Positions 62,963 to 64,000 of a stretch of DNA of 64,000 nt are shown here, piece after piece (positions within the stretch are counted from its first letter, which is position 1; each line of letters starts with the position of its first letter). Origin of the DNA: Octopus sinensis. Its lineage: Eukaryota. The notes under the pieces were generated by a model. The model was not told the origin of the DNA. It was given only the letters and a program-made list of their open reading frames with translations, and ran no database searches. The stretch lies in contig NC_043007.1 of the NCBI RefSeq assembly GCF_006345805.1, positions 34,472,001 to 34,536,000 of the forward strand, in the 5' to 3' direction. The position numbers were made by a program, and so were the translations under genes.

Positions 62963-63353
62963 TTGCTAACCAACCACATGATTCCGGGTTCAGTCCCACT
63001 GCGTGGCATCTTGGGCAAGTGTCTTCTGCTGTAGCCCCGGGCCGACCAATGCCTTGTGAGTGGATTTGGTAGACGGAAACTGAAAGAAGCCTGTCGTATA
63101 TATGTATATATATATATATAAGTGTGTGTGTATATGTTTGTGTGTCTGTGTTTGTCCCCTTAGCATTGCTTGACAACCGATGCTGGTATGTTTACGTCCC
63201 CGTCACTTAGCGGTTCGGCAAAAGAGACCGATAAAATAAGTACTGGGCTTACAAAGAGTAAGTCCCGGGGTCGATTTGCTCGACTAAAGGCGGTGCTCCA
63301 GCATGGCCGCAGTCAAATGACTGAAACAAGTAAAAGAGTAAAAGAGTAAAGAG
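62963..63353 (+). mobile_element. SINE family A, 5'-truncated
   Basis: Left arm of a tail-to-tail pair. Confidence 0.9.
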
Positions 63354-63365
63354 ATTGAAATATAT

Positions 63366-63715
63366 ACTCTTTACTCTTTACTCTTTTACTTGTTTCAGTC
63401 ATTTGACTGCGGCCATGCTGGAGCACCACCTTTTAGTACTTATTCTATCGGTCTCTTTTTGCCGAACCGCTAAGTGACGGGGACATAAACACACCAGCAT
63501 CGGTTGTCAAGCAATGCTAGGGGGACAAACACAGACACACACATATACATATATATACGACAGGCTTCTTTCAGTTTCCGTCTACCAAATCCACTCACAA
63601 GGCATTGGTCGGCCCGGGGCTATAGCAGAAGACACTTGCCCAAGATGCCACGCAGTGGGACTGAACCCGCAACCGTGTGGTTGGTTAGCAAGCTACTTAC
63701 CACACAGCCACTCCT
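63366..63715 (-). mobile_element. SINE family A with an internal deletion
   Basis: Right arm of the tail-to-tail pair; lacks the GTCGA hairpin module. Confidence 0.9.
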
Positions 63716-63848
63716 CCTGTATTTGATAAGTAAAAATTAATAAATAAGAATAAAGAATAACAAAAATACCGATAGAATAAATAATGGGTGCAATAGGTGC
63801 AAAATCCAGAATTGTTTAAAGATGTTTAGTTATAATATATATACGTGA

Positions 63849-64000
63849 GTGGAGGCCCAGTGGTTAGGGCATCGAACTCGCGGTTTCGATTCCCAGACCG
63901 GGTGCTGTGTGTGTTTATTGAGCGAAAACACCTAACGCTCCACGAGGCTCCAGCAGGGGATGGTGGTGACCCTTGTACTCTTTCGCCACAACTTTCTCTC
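63849..64000 (+). mobile_element. SINE family C, runs off the window end
   Basis: GTGGAGGCCCAGTGGTTAGGGC...CACAACTTTCTCTC. Confidence 0.8.

Overview
Eukaryotic, AT-rich, repeat-saturated DNA with dense (TA)n/(CA)n/(TATG)n/(AAT)n arrays and one 100-N gap at 9973-10072. The tRNA-derived SINE repertoire suggests a coleoid cephalopod, probably Octopus (inference from recalled family architecture, not a database search). I found no supportable host gene, true tRNA/rRNA gene or CRISPR array; most listed ORFs are microsatellite or antisense read-through. Real coding sequence is all transposon-derived: (i) a near full-length CR1-group LINE (~38.7-43.0 kb) whose ORF1 has two CCCH fingers and whose ORF2 (APE-RT) is broken only by single-base deletions; (ii) a 5.8-kb fold-back palindrome (43677-49452) of two divergent copies of one Penelope-like element (RT + C-terminal GIY-YIG), each ending in a type I hammerhead ribozyme; (iii) a second, decayed PLE GIY-YIG fragment; (iv) an RTE endonuclease fragment, a mariner deletion derivative and a DD37D (maT-type) transposase remnant. 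Non-coding elements include hAT and other MITEs, non-autonomous Helitrons and many SINE copies from 4-5 families that swap modules. The most notable pattern is about ten unrelated hammerhead-like motifs with palindromic stem III, mostly in short elements lodged in or beside microsatellites, plus repeated fold-back geometry at 4.8, 32.6, 43.7-49.5 and 61.0-61.7 kb. All alignments and folds were done by eye.
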